63,709 bases of DNA from Stylophora pistillata (lineage: Eukaryota): the NCBI RefSeq assembly GCF_002571385.2, contig NW_019218072.1, forward strand, positions 324,290 to 387,998, in the 5' to 3' direction. Positions 1-12,516 of the stretch are shown here, piece after piece. The notes under the pieces are model-generated. The model made no database searches and was not told the origin of the DNA. It saw nothing but the letters and a program-made list of their open reading frames with translations. The translations under genes and the position numbers were made by a program. The first letter of the stretch is position 1. The number at the start of each line of letters is the position of its first letter.

Positions 1-3000
1 GGGGGGGTTAGAGGATTTTGGGGGATGGATCCATGGTTTTCAGAGGAAATGGAGGATGAGTTGTTGCTGACAGAGTTTAAAGGGGGTGGAGCCATAGTAA
101 ATTCTTTCTTCCTTTCCTTTTTTCCTTTTTTGTTTTGATATGAAATTCAAAATCAAAATTTTAAAACACCCTGATTTATATATGAGAAATATCTCAAGGT
201 ATCTTATGAACTAAAAAGCAACACAGGCACCTTCATGCAGGCATGACGTGACTTTTTATTTAATGATCATGTGATTGGAAGTCCTGTGAGTAAAGAAGTC
301 AAATGGACACTGGTTTTTTTTCTGCACCTTGTTGAGATTTCACTTCTCAACTCTCCTATAAAGATTGCAGCAAGGAAAGAACAGCTTCAGTCTGATAACT
401 TTTTTTTACAAAGGCTGAAGAGGTAAACAAGACATAGAGAATTTCCCTCAGAAAGTTTCATGATTTATAAACTAGAGGTTGTTTGAACAGACATTTGTAA
501 GTACACCAGCGGGACACCAGAAAGCATACTATGCCAATGCTTTGCAGCTCAGGGAACACCAAGGAAAGAACTGGGAAAAAGAATGCAAGAAAGTTGAGCA
601 GGTGTCTGTACCTTTGGTGAAGATCTCTCAGAAAGCTAGTACTCCTTGCATGAGTTTTTCACCCTCAGGTTGGTGAATTAACCCTTTAGCTTTCAACATC
701 TAAACCTAAATTCTTTGTTATAATTATAGCTCTGAAAATTTCTTGTTTGATAAAACAAATTTCCCTCTGCTGATATTTTCTTACTTGTCTTTACCTATAT
801 GCATGGAAATGTAATGATATTGTTAGGAGAAATTCATCTTTGGTCACATGTGGAATTAATAGGGATAGTACATATTATTTTATTAAATGAAATTGAATAT
901 GGTTGTGTTAATGAAAATTTTGATTACACTACTATTAAAATTATTGTTATTATCCTTTTGATCATTCCTTGCTTGTGAAGTCAGGTTTGATGAGTCACAT
1001 ATTACATTTACTATTGATTCTCTTTACTGAGTTGGGCTTATCAGAGTGGACAATATGGGTGTGTGCATGATGTGATGATACAAAGTTATCTATGACTTTT
1101 CATAATTTTTTAAATGTCCTTCCAAAGTGTGCATGTAAATATGACTGAATAATTTTAATTTTGATTTTTTTTAATTTTTAATTTTTTTTTTTTCCCTCTT
1201 GTTTGGGACCTAAATTCAAGGTTACCACACACTCCTCTGCTCCTCTGACTTTACTCTCTTGTTCTTCTGTTCAATATGCAGCAGATTTCAAAATGGTTCT
1301 TAGGTGCGTGGGGATTTTTTTCATTTCTGTCTTTCCTCCCACAATCAGAAACAATCCTTGCAACAAAGCAATTTGAAATAATTTTGTGGAAGCTCCTATG
1401 AAGGATTTGTGTATTAAATTGCTGATTTTTTTTTTTAAACTTTAAACTTTAATGATAAATACTCCCCCCCCAAAAAAAGGTTTTTCAGTACCTATTTACA
1501 AATATGAATGCTAACTATAACTGACAAGCTATGGTTAAACACTAAATTCTAGCTATCACTTGATCATTCGTTCATGGCAAGTTTCAGGACTTTCTTAAAG
1601 GCCTTTACAGATGTAACGTTTCTCTGGTCTTCGTCTAACATGTTCCACAGAGATACTGCTCTATAGGCAAAGGACCTTTGGCCGTAGCTGATCTGAATAA
1701 TGGAATGTCAATCTTCTCATTATTATGCGATTATGTACAGAAGATTGTTTTTTAAACTTAGCACATAGATATTCAGGAGCTAAATTGTTGACACACTTAT
1801 AAGCTATAACAGCATCTAACAGATGAAAGAACAGTTTTTCCTATCAATTTAGTTCATCCCTCAGTGACAGAGAGGGTAATACTAGTAATATCACTGTCAT
1901 TATCAGGTATGTGACGATAAAAATATCAGGGTTCCTGTGCTCCTTGAAAGTCCTTGAATTTAATTTTTTGTTTTCAAGGACTTGAAAACCCTTGAATTTA
2001 GACTCAGGTCCCTGAAAATTTCTGAAAAGTCCTTGAAAATAAGTGCAGATGAACCAAAGTTGAAGTTTTGTTTGGTTTTTGCTATTGAAAGTAAGTTTCT
2101 TGCACAAATCGCAAAAATGAGTTTTCCTTTCAAATCCCATGTCTGATTATATTTGACAAGTGATATTTATATATTTTGTACCTGATTGGTGCATTGAAAA
2201 TAACCTTGGTTACCTAGCACCCGATCACTCTGATGTGCATGCCTGATGTGCATGCCTGATGTTACGCTCGTTGGACTTTTCCTGTTAATGTAATTTAGTT
2301 ATTGACCCCTTGCAGCCCAACACCAATATCCATCTTCTAAATACTCTTTTCTATACATTTCCTTTTCTATACATTTCCTTGGTACATAGCATATATTTAT
2401 TTAAACTTAATTCTTCCTAAATACACGACTCCACCAGCTCTGCTTTAAAATACTCCATCGTGTTTAAATAAAGTGTTCAGTTCAGTTCAGTCCTCTGGTA
2501 CCGACATAGAGATTTTGTCTAACAATAAATGCTCCTTAGATTGATGAGCATTTCCTTTATTGTTGTGATCCTTTATTCTCAGGAGCAGTTTGACTATAAG
2601 GAGAAATTAGATTCTTGTCACTTGTAGGGTTTTTAAACCCTAAAAAAGGTTAAAAGATGATGCTGTTTGGGGGTATATTTGAAATAGGTTGTTGTAATTT
2701 TAATTTTAGATAGAGGGCCATGAGTTGACTAGTTTCTGTAACTATTTTGTGCTACCCTCTTGAAATATAATGTATTATTACAGTTGGTCATCTGTTATAA
2801 GGGATAATTCACATATTACCATTCACATCATTTAAACTGATCCAGAGGAAAATAAAAGTTATTCATCAAAGTTTCATTTCTTGATATGCACTTATCCAAT
2901 TAAACTGATATAAATATATCATTATAGCATCTGTCGGGGTATTACAAGATAATTTGGTTTTATCAACTGAGTTGATAACGTAAACTGGAAACTATAAGGT

Positions 3001-3873
3001 ATTTGTAAAGCCAAGGTTTAGAGCATTAGCCCTTTGTTAGAGGGAATAAGCTAGGGCTAATTTTCAAAAGGTCAGCTTTAGCAACACCTTGTTCCAAGTT
3101 CCAAGTTTTATTTCGCACTATTCAAATTAATACAGAATAAGATGACTTATAGAACTAGGTGAAAAAGATAATGAGAAGTAGATATCATGCAGGTTTGTAT
3201 ATGTGTGCACAGTGACCACAGTAGCTGTAGCTTTCATGTTCGTCACTGTCCCATTTAAGTAAAAAGAGAGGTCCAAGATACAAGTGTGAGGTAATAGTAA
3301 ATTAGGGTATTAGGGGAATAGTTCTTAATATAAATATATAGAATGATCACTAGACTTATTGATACAGCGCGATAATATACTACAAAATAAAAATGGCCAA
3401 TTTACATTTATCAACTCAGTTGATAAAACAAAATTATCTAGGTGGGATTACATGTAATCAAATAAACTTTTCAACATGCATGGATGTTTACTTTAAGTAT
3501 TGACAAGATTTGTGTGTTGTGGCAACAAACTTGTAGAGCTTTAATGACTATGATTTCTTTGGGATACTTTTTTTTGCAACACTTTACTTTGAACAGAAAG
3601 AAGTATACTGAAATTTCACCTGAGATGACATGTTGATTTGTAGTACACTCCTTACCCTTTAGAGCTAACATCAGAATGGAAATTCTCTATACTTTTCTCC
3701 ATGCATTTCCAGAGGTGCTGACAAGGAGAATTTGTTTAACAATCAAGGGCTTCTTCTCTCGACCTTAATGTGTGATTCAGGGGTGATATTATAAGGACAA
3801 ACTGGATGTTAGTCACTGTTAGTGGTGAAATGGCGGCTTCCCCTTAGTTATTTTCTCAACAATTCTTTACTAG

Positions 3874-4157
3874 GTGATACTGGTGGAAAGCAAGGCGAAA
3901 AGGAAAGCTTGATAACACGAAATCCCTACTCTCTCTTTGTATTTATATCGACTCAAAGTGTCAAGTCCCCTCTGATGCCGTTAATAATTGCTGCTCAGAG
4001 TGGCAAGCCACAGGCGGTAAGGTTTCTTATCGGAAAAGGAACAGATCCGTATTCAAAAGACAACAATGGAAGGAACTCGTTTCATTGCGCCTCATTTGGT
4101 GATCAATTTGACCTCATTGAGCAACTAGTCTTGGATACAGCTGATGATTTCTGCTAA
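3874..4157 (+). pseudogene. Degenerate ankyrin-repeat exon
   Basis: After the acceptor ttctttactag (3873) the frame reads ...PLIIAAQSGKPQAVRFLIGKGTDPYSKDNNGRNSFHCASFGDQFDLIEQLV, i.e. two ankyrin-like repeats, then stops early. No intact gene could be assembled. Confidence 0.6.
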
Positions 4158-4507
4158 GAGAGGCAAGATACAGGCGCAGGACGGGCTCAGGTCCATCTAT
4201 AAGACAATTGACAATTGGAATTCGTGACGTGTGCTTGATGGATAGGTAACGCGGGCATTATCGACGCAATACTCTTTTGTGAAGTTTCTGTCGAATCCTA
4301 TGGAAAGTCTAATGAAACCTCGCTGTCTTAGCACAACATCCTTGGATGATCCGAGGGAGGGACCTTCATTGTATCTTCTTAGCAAATGTGCAGAGTCTGA
4401 CAGGGGAAAGAAGCCGAAGAGTGCTCGCCTTGTCGAGCGCAGGGGATTCGTGGTATCTTCGGACTTCGACCACTGTTTTGTCATACGGTAAGTACAAATT
4501 CTTGGCT

Positions 4508-5278
4508 AATAGAGCGCTTTTTCGATTTATTGTCGTAGAATCAAAACCAAAGTGATCACAACAGGCAATTAGAAGAAAGGAAATTACCCTTAAGATACAA
4601 TTAGAACTCAAAGTAAAACAAGCCAAAGCGCCTAAAACGCGGGAAAACGCGGGCGACCAAATCGCGTTTGGTGTTAGTTTTGCATCTGATTGGTTGAGAG
4701 AGTGACGCTAATTTTTTTGGACCAATCACAGAGCGAAGTGAAGCAAAACCAACACGATCTTGGATTACTTTCGATAATCAATACAATACAGTACAAAGAC
4801 TTTATTTAAACAGGATAATTGTTAAAGTCTTCTTATCTATTTTGAATCAGTTTAGCCAAATTAACTTTATATGTGGTTTCAATGGAAGACCATCGAGCCT
4901 TGCTTAGTACTTCAGACTTAGGCATATCCCATGGCCAGTTAAAAATTAATTTTGCCGCTCTACAGTGTAAAGACTCTAATGCAATTAGGCCCTCCTTATT
5001 AGTAAGGCCGCCCCAGACAGTGATACCATATATAATTGATGGGTAGATTACTTTGAAGTATAAGTCCAGTAGCACGGGTCTTGGTAAAAACAAGCTGCGC
5101 TTCAGCATGTTAAGCTTATTTGCAAAGCTGATCTTTAATGCTTTTACGTGGTAGCCCCAGTTAAGTCTATTATCAATGTAGACTCCAAGTAGCCTGGTGT
5201 GTTTAACCCATCTTATACAATGATTCATGAGTATTCATGACTGTAGTGGACCGGTGAAGTTTCAATTGAAAACTTCTC
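4508..5278. mobile_element. Non-autonomous repeat (MITE-like) split by a LINE insertion; second copy at about 20150-20400
   Basis: The block aaaacgcgggaaaacgcgggcgaccaa...gaccaatcacag...ttgaaaa is shared with 20150-20400. The element resumes at 5262 after the LINE. Confidence 0.7.
4783..5261 (-). mobile_element. 5'-truncated LINE (CR1/L2-like) ORF2 fragment
   Basis: ORF 4833-5228 (RLLGVYIDNRLNW..HV..., IYPSIIYGITVWG) matches the RT thumb/C-terminal region. Flanked by a TCAAT duplication (4778-4782 and 5262-5266). Confidence 0.85.
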
Positions 5279-5701
5279 TGATATGGTACAAATGTGAGTG
5301 TGATGGTCATGTGGTTTCTGTGGTAAATAAGCTGTCGTTTCCTCGTCTTAGAGGACCGAAAGAAGGGTTTTTATCGTAAATGATGTATAGCGGTTTCGTC
5401 GAGTTATATCGCAATCGGAGTCGAAACCCGAGACGAAAGCCTGACGGAAACGAAGTCGCATCGATAAGAACGGTTCCATTTTCTTCCGATTGTTCCAGTG
5501 ACTTTGACCGTTAGAGTTTGCTCGACAATTTTGTCAGAGTTTTCTCAGCACGAAAAAGTAAAGACTTCGGTAATGTTTAATTGCTCCATCATAGGCCGCA
5601 AACAGGTGTTAAGCCGAAATAATTTTTTTGTCGATTAGCGCAACGGCGAAAAGCGGAGATCCAGTCACTCTTTTGGCCGCTTTGCCGGCAGCGGCGCGAA
5701 T

Positions 5702-5846
5702 CTTTGATCATTTCGGAAGTATCCAGTTATCGGTATTTACAGCTTACAAGTAAACAACTCGTTTGTTTGTCGCACCGCTTTGTCTTTTGTTGACTGACAG
5801 GTGTCAGAGTATAAATAGGGCTTGGTGTTACAAGGGCTCCTCAGTC
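5702..5846 (+). promoter_or_regulatory. Core promoter of the homeobox gene (TATA + Inr) with TALE, Fox and TCF-like sites
   Basis: TATAAATA 5810-5817, TCAGT initiator 5841-5845, TGACAGGTGTCA 5795-5806, GTAAACA 5750-5756, CTTTGAT 5702-5708. Confidence 0.65.
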
Positions 5847-5870
5847 CAACTGTGAAGCAGTTAGTGGAAC

Positions 5871-7779
5871 ATGTCTGTAAACTCAATTGTCGTGGAGAGA
5901 CAGCAATTTAAACCAGCAGTTTCCATTTTAGACTCTGCGCGGTTACGAGCAATGTTGTACAGTCCTTCAATCCGTGCCCTGTCCTTAGTTCCAGTGACCT
6001 CACGGCCACTGACCAATTTTTCCATCAGCAGAATTCTGGGTCTGGAGAACAGTGAAATTCATCAACACTCACAAGCTACCGGTAAGTTGCAATTTTACTT
6101 TACTGTACTCAATTAAAAAAAAATAATAATAATAATCTATAAGTAAACTTACCAGTTTGGATTTAGTTTTCAACTCTCCTTTATTCATTCAGTTTTTTGC
6201 TAAAAAGTCTTGGTCAAAGCATGGGTTCGCAGTCTCAATAGCGTTCGGGATAACTCGATTAACATTTCTTTGGAGTTAACTTGCAAGACAAGGGTCATTT
6301 CGTAAGGTTTCTGTAATTAATCTTGAACAAAAGCTCATCTTTCAAACCGGCATTCTAAATCACACAGCTATCAACGAACGCTTTTCATTCCACTAATTTT
6401 TCGTGTTTTTCTCGTTGCCATGTTCCCACCAATCACGTAGCTCCTTTTTCTGCCTTTTAAAGCACACACAACCCACAATTCCTGTATTCGCTCCGACGAA
6501 GGGCTAGCGCTCGAAACGTCAGCTTTTATAATCGTAACGGTGGCCAATTGACCATTTCACTTTTTTGATATATTCAAATGATTTCTGTAATTAGGTTAAC
6601 TTGTCAAGTTCAAGTTGTGCATCCAAGTTTATTATGTTATCGATTTTTTTTTTCGTTTTATCAGTATTTAGGGAGCACCAGCGTCGCAATTCCGTTCGGG
6701 CGCCAAGTCCTGAACACTACTGCAGCGACATCAGCCCACGATCATCGCCTAATTCCAACCATTCCAGTTCCACCAGAGATTGTGAGAGCGAACCCGATCA
6801 ACTACCGACACCTTACGAGCAAGTAGCGAAGAAAAAACGACAGCGCACGACCTTTTCGCTGTTTGAAGTACGGGAACTGGAGAGAGTGTTCAAGCGGCAG
6901 CCACATTTGATGCCCGAAGATGAGGAAGAACTAGTTCAGAGACTGGGGATCACGGCCAGGAGTCTGAGGGTGAGTAAGATTTTTTCCACTGGTCAATGGT
7001 CAAACTAAACATTTTTGGACTCCTCGACAAACTTTCCTTCCACAAACTCGAATTCATCTGTGCGCAAGCTGTACCTACCTTAGACTGGGATGGAATGGTC
7101 AAGCGTTATTGGATTAATTTCTATGTGAGAGAATTATTTAGAATTTTAATTGAAATCAGTGGAGACATTATAACCCATTGGTCAAAGCGCTCAGCTTTTA
7201 ATCTGGTTGTCCCGGGCCTGCCCTCCACCCTGCTACTCTCTGGATTTGTTTGCACTAGCCTACGTGTAGCCGTACCCTCCCCCCGAGGAGATACATACCT
7301 CTGCATGGATTAGATTGACGTCACAGAACACGATTTGTGTCAAGTTTGCGTAGACGTTCCCTCCCTTCCGTTTCTCCTCGGGGGGGAGGGTGCAGCCACA
7401 CGCAGTAGGATGAGATCGGACATGTTTTCTGGCTATGAAAAAGTAATAATAAGTTAAGAATACGTCAATAATCTTCCTTTATTCCTTTTAATTTCAGTAC
7501 TGGTTTCAAAATCGACGTGCAAAATCGCGAAGAGAAGGAAGAAAGTTTCCGTCCGACTGTGAAACAAACCCGCTTGACCAGTTTAGAAAACCAGTACAGA
7601 CCTTGATGCAGCCTCCTTCAAATCCTTGGAGACAAGCTGAACGTCTCTCATACATCAAAGAAAACAAACACTCAACAAAATGGAATCCACCAAGTCGACC
7701 GATGGTAGCACACTATCCACACTCGTCCATCAGGTCAGATCGCCTTCGTTCGTACCCATGCTCCATCCGTTCCAGTTAG
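5871..7779 (+). CDS. Divergent Q50 homeodomain transcription factor (PRD-type intron) with eh1 repressor motif; join(5871..6081,6665..6969,7498..7779)
   Basis: eh1 FSISRILGL in exon 1. Homeodomain KKRQRTTFSLFEVRELERVFKRQPHLMPEDEEELVQRLGITARSLR|YWFQNRRAKSRR. GT-AG introns in phases 1 and 0, the second between homeodomain residues 46 and 47. Confidence 0.92.
6400..6575 (+). mobile_element. Penelope-like terminal-repeat fragment with hammerhead-like core; other copies at 49515-49609 and about 59650-59900
   Basis: ttcgctccgacgaagggcta(a/g)cgctcgaaacgtcagctttt...ggtggccaatt is near-identical in three places. Confidence 0.7.
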
Positions 7780-8650
7780 AAGAAAGAAGACACCTTGCGC
7801 CCGCGAGACCATTAAACAGCCGTGATTTCCATAGATACCAACCGTATTAATTTTTTTGTTCTAGCTTTGTATTTCTGTTTAGTTTTAAAAAAACGCAATT
7901 ATGTGACAGATGTTGATGTTGAGGATGTAATTCGAGAGATGATGGACCATTTTAGTGATATAATGAAATAAACAGTAAAACTTTGTAGAATTTATCAGTG
8001 GCATGTCGCAAAGAGGTTTGGGAAAATAGGTGTGTTATTAGTTGTGCTATGTAATCTTGTAATTTGAACTGTAATGAAAGAAGTTGCAGGTGGTGTTATT
8101 GCCACTATTCACATAAGAAACTTCAAATGCTACAACAAAAGCACCTAATAAAAAAGTTCGATAAATTTGCACAAGAGGCAATTACCAGATGGAAATCAGG
8201 AGAAAAATGATCTTTAATTTCCAAATTTTTGTTAGTAAATTACAGTAAAATGATTCATAAAGTTTTAGAACTGCATCAAGGCTATTCTATCTTGAAAAAG
8301 ATACCTCGAATTTTTCAGTTCCATCACCTGCAAAGTTCGTTAATATAGGAGCCATTAAAAGACGTTTTCTTAATATATGATAAAAGTTGTCACTTAGATA
8401 CTACCGTTTTTTTGCACTGTAATCATTTCTAGAGAATATCACTTAAGCCCTCAAATTACATAATCGATGACCAATTCCGCTTGTATGATATTGTTTCACC
8501 GCAGAGCTATAGCCACTTACACTGTTATGTCCAACCCTCGTTTGAGACTATTATAAAGACCGGGAGGTGATAATGTGGTTGCGATACTGTGGTGGCAAGC
8601 AAAATAGCGAAAAATATATGTCAAAGTGGCTGGCTTTTTATCTCGTAGTC

Positions 8651-8870
8651 AGAGGGTCTCAATAGAGTAAACTGATAGCCGTAAAACGATAAAAAATAAT
8701 TTTAGTCGTATGGCGGAGAAATTGACATTTTAATCTCTACTGAGTCATTAAAAAAGGTTAACCGTTAAAAATTTTATTTTAACCGCAACAGAAAATTAAC
8801 TATTAACCGTAAAATAGCAATTTTTTTAACCGTAAGCCGTAAAAGCCATCGCTCTCCATTAAGGCCTTCT
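8651..8870. mobile_element. MITE with imperfect TIRs and internal AACCGT repeats
   Basis: agagggtctcaat...attaaggccttct termini and repeated (a)accgt/agccgt motifs. Confidence 0.5.
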
Positions 8871-8943
8871 GTTCATTATGTCTTCATCAGCCCGAAGTGT
8901 TTATTTACCAGTCAGAAATATGTGAAATCGAAAAAGGGCGTCG

Positions 8944-9888
8944 TTAATGTTGTCTACCGAATATTTCCTTGAGTGTTCTTGATACCGCACGCCTGATCTC
9001 GCGTATTTTCAAACAGTATACAATTGGATTGACAGAGGAGTTGAGTAATATCAAAGTAACTCCAAAAAAGCGAGACCGCCTAGCTGCCCTATCCATTCCC
9101 CGTACATGAATCACGATTAAAATGCAAAAAAATGGCAGGTAGCAGAGAACAAAGGCGACATAAACATACATCATGTTATACACAGAGCGCTTGTAACGCA
9201 AAAAATGAAAACGATTTGTTGTCCCAACTGTTTCTGCTGGACAGTTTGCTTGTATAGGTTGAGGTGGAGGGACTTCTCGTATGGTTTTTTCATGTCGTTT
9301 GAGTGTTAGATAAATCTTAAGATAACAAAATGTTATTGTCGATAAACACAATGCCAAAGCACAGTTAGCGTTGGTGTTGTATATCGTACTGTCGTAAACG
9401 ATGACCGAAGTGCTAGCGAGGTACAGAAGCCAAATGAGTGTAAGGGTTGCTGTAACTTTTTTGCCCCTCACCAGATTGCGGTATCGCGTGCGGAAATGCA
9501 TGGCAAGGAATCGATCGATCGCTATGGCCGTGAGAAGAACCAAAGACATATTGGGCAGATAGAAGTTGCTTAGGTAATACATCGCTCGGAGAATGCGCGC
9601 AGCGTTGACACAGCCACTGAGTGCTGTAAGAACAGTTGAAATGTACAAGGGTTGCACAATGACTCCGACTCCCAAGTCGGCCAAAGCCAGGTTAAACAGG
9701 AATATCTTGAATACGGCATGGAGTTGTGTCAAAGGGATCTTGCGTAACGCGACCATGATAAGTACGTTGCCGATTATTGTTACCATCGAAGAAAGAGCAT
9801 TTATAGCGATGGAAGCCAAGTAAAAGGCAATTGGGATTTCAGGGTCGAGATATGGTGGTTGTAGAATATTTGTGAAATTCTCTGCCAT
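8944..9888 (-). CDS. Intronless class A (rhodopsin-like) orphan GPCR, melanocortin/adenosine-receptor-like type
   Basis: Seven hydrophobic segments with GN (TM1), LALAD (TM2), DRF (TM3), CYLP (TM6) and NPIVY (TM7). Likely start MAENF at 9888. Confidence 0.93.
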   Translation of the reverse strand: MAENFTNILQPPYLDPEIPIAFYLASIAINALSSMVTIIGNVLIMVALRKIPLTQLHAVFKIFLFNLALADLGVGVIVQPLYISTVLTALSGCVNAARILRAMYYLSNFYLPNMSLVLLTAIAIDRFLAMHFRTRYRNLVRGKKVTATLTLIWLLYLASTSVIVYDSTIYNTNANCALALCLSTITFCYLKIYLTLKRHEKTIREVPPPQPIQANCPAETVGTTNRFHFLRYKRSVYNMMYVYVAFVLCYLPFFCILIVIHVRGMDRAARRSRFFGVTLILLNSSVNPIVYCLKIREIRRAVSRTLKEIFGRQH

Positions 9889-11407
9889 TGTGCGAAAACT
9901 TGAATTCTGAATTGTTCTCGTCAATGAGGTGCCCAAGGAGAGGTTTCTTCTGTGTTTTTTTTTTTAGAGCTTTCTCGTTTCTGAAGTCGTGCACAGAGGT
10001 GCCTAACAATTAAGAGTACTCATCACAAAAATCGTATTTGACCACCTGCTTAAACATACGTGAGAAAACTTATACTTACCTGTATTAATCTATACTGTAC
10101 ATTATTATGCAGCTCACGTTTTTTATCCAGAAACGAATATTGGAAGAGTGATGTTCTTTCTCGTAAAAGTCTCTGTGAAGGATTTGCGATGTAATGCCGT
10201 TTTACAGATTAGTCTTCTCCCATGTTTTTATACCATTATTAGGAATTTGAAAATTATTACTTATCATAGTTTATTTGTTCTATGATGAAGATTTATTTTA
10301 GGTAGATTTGTAAAGAGACCATTCTGTCAAACATTAATTTAAAACATCTTTCCGTGACAATTGACTCGTTCTGGAAGTTTTCAGTGCTATTCTCGAAATT
10401 TCGAGTAAATGGAACTTTAAGTGTCCCTGTCTGAGAAAGTGTTCCGGGGGTCAAAAGTGGTGGTCAACCGATTTGGCTGAAACTTGACACAAAAGTTGAG
10501 TGTGATAGATATTTCAAAAGCCACTTTGGCTCACTTCTCTGACTGTTTGTTCTGGAGTTTCAGGGCGGGTCCCATTTGTGGCCTATGGAGCACCAAAAAT
10601 TCATCCTTCTAGTTGGCATTTTAAAAGTGCTATAAAACTCCATTGGTAAATTGTGCTGCCAAATGAATTTGACCGTGGACTCTGCTATAGTGGAGCTTTG
10701 TTCTCAAGCGATTAGACTGAGAGGGGCCTGGGGCTAAAGCTAGGTCAAATTGGACGTAAAAATCACTACCCAAAATTGCTATTTTTCAAAAAACCATAAC
10801 ATTCACCTGCCTTCTTGCATAACTTTCGTACCAAATCCAGTACGTATGTACTTTAGTGACCCATTTATCAAAATCAGTTGAGAAAAATATGGCTTTTTGA
10901 GGTTTGTTGGGTTTTTGGCACAAACTCTCCATGCCCCTCTTAAGGCCAAGCAAAATGGAATTTTGAGCATAATTCATGCTATAAACAAATAAAAGCCTTT
11001 ATTTTGAATTTGGTGGGTGAAAATGAAACATTAAAGCGAAATTAATGTTATTATCTAGAAATACTTCGATTCATAGCTTATAATTACTCTAAGAAGCCCT
11101 TTGATTAGCACTGCAAACACCTAGCGGTTTTGCAAAATAAAGGTAATTTTTTTTCCCATGAAAACCTAGTACCCATCATAGAGCACAAATGATAATGTTC
11201 TGACCTAGATATGACAACATTTTTTAAAGATGATTGAATTTTCTCGGATCTCTGTTTGTTAGGCCATATTTCCCTACATATTTCCCTAAATATTGCATAC
11301 TCCAAGCATGCAAAGTCTCCATATTTTTTTAGGCCGTTTTTTTTAATTGAAAATAGAGTGACCTTAACCGGCCTTAACCATTAAGCTCTGAATAAAACGA
11401 TTGTTAA

Positions 11408-11856
11408 AAGATGATCTACGCAAAAAGGAACCTGAGTGGCTTTATGAACGTGCAAAGATCACTGGGCAAGACACAGTTGCGCGAGAAGACAGCGCGAAAG
11501 AGAAGGACATTTTAAAACAATAATCAAGAGATTTAAGGCTCTTTGCTAAGGAATTCGGACAAGGCGTTAGCCAACAAAGAGTCAGAGACAAGACGAAAGA
11601 AAGAGCCGGAAGTCTACCGCTGGCTTTAACCATGATCCGACGAGTTATTTCACCTCAAACAGACAATGTTGTTGACATGCTCGAGGAACTTCAAGTCTTG
11701 AACGATGGACAGCATGCAACACCGGCAGTTGAAACTCGTCCGGTACTCTTTTCAAAGGGAGATGTGGTTGCTCTGAAGCACAACTGGAAGCAATATTTGG
11801 AGCCCTTTTTCCTGGCAATTCTTCGCGATGACCTTCATCGTAGCAATGATGGCTAA
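11408..11856 (+). pseudogene. Degenerate coding relic, possibly from a DNA-transposon ORF
   Basis: One frame reads DDLRKKEPEWLYERAKIT...KQ*SRDLRLFAKEFGQGVSQQRVRDKTKERAGSLPLALTMIRR...GDVVALKHNW...*. It has an internal stop, no start, and lies inside the inverted-repeat pair. Family not confirmed. Confidence 0.45.
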
Positions 11857-12006
11857 ATTGCGCGCTTCGCTCATCCCACTTCAGCTTGAAACGCAAAACT
11901 TGACCACTTGCTTGGGTTTTTCTCAGACATGATCGGTCCATTATTCTGTGTGGAACTACATATATGTCCTAGACCACATTACATTTCGCTTAACGTTCGA
12001 AGAATT

Positions 12007-12217
12007 GTGAAGCCTTGGAGCCGACTGGCCCATAGCCATCGAGCTCATTCCCCCGCAGTTTGTTAGGTTTCCCCAACAATTCACCGGTACCCATTTATGC
12101 TCCTGGGTGGAGAGAGGCACTGTGAGAGTAAAGTGTCTCGCCCAAGAACACAACACAGTGTCCCCGGCCAGGCTCCTCGATCTGCGGACGAGCGCACTAA
12201 CCACGAGGCCACCGCGC
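12007..12217 (-). mobile_element. tRNA-derived SINE
   Basis: Minus strand: A-box-like GGTGGCCTCGTGGTTAG, then the SINE body GTGTTGTGTTCTTGGGCGAGACACTTTACTCTCACAGTGCCTCTCTCCACCCAGG...AAATGGGTACC. Confidence 0.8.
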
Positions 12218-12516
12218 GTTGTTTAACATTACCAGAAATAAATTTGTGTTTTTTTTTCAATAATCCCTAAGATATATTACGAAAAAAAAGACAATCCTTT
12301 GAAGTAATGTGCAATGTACTCGATTTCTTTTAAGTATCAAGTCATGATTGAGTACTGAACGATAAATTTCGTAAAACGTTATTTATACGAGGAATCTCCT
12401 GCAATTCACTGTCGTGGTATATACTAAAACAATTATTTATCTCATAGCCAGTAAAATATACATTGCTGTTCGTGTTCGCCTCCAGTCCCTTACCGAGTAA
12501 TTGTAAAATATTTTAC

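Noticed and set aside
200-1310. Exon-like segments with splice signals
   Set aside because: No consistent open frame or recognisable domain. Possibly the decayed 5' part of the ankyrin locus.
4279-4491. Short ORF ending at a strong donor (ACG|GTAAGT)
   Set aside because: No recognisable family and no compatible downstream exon identified.
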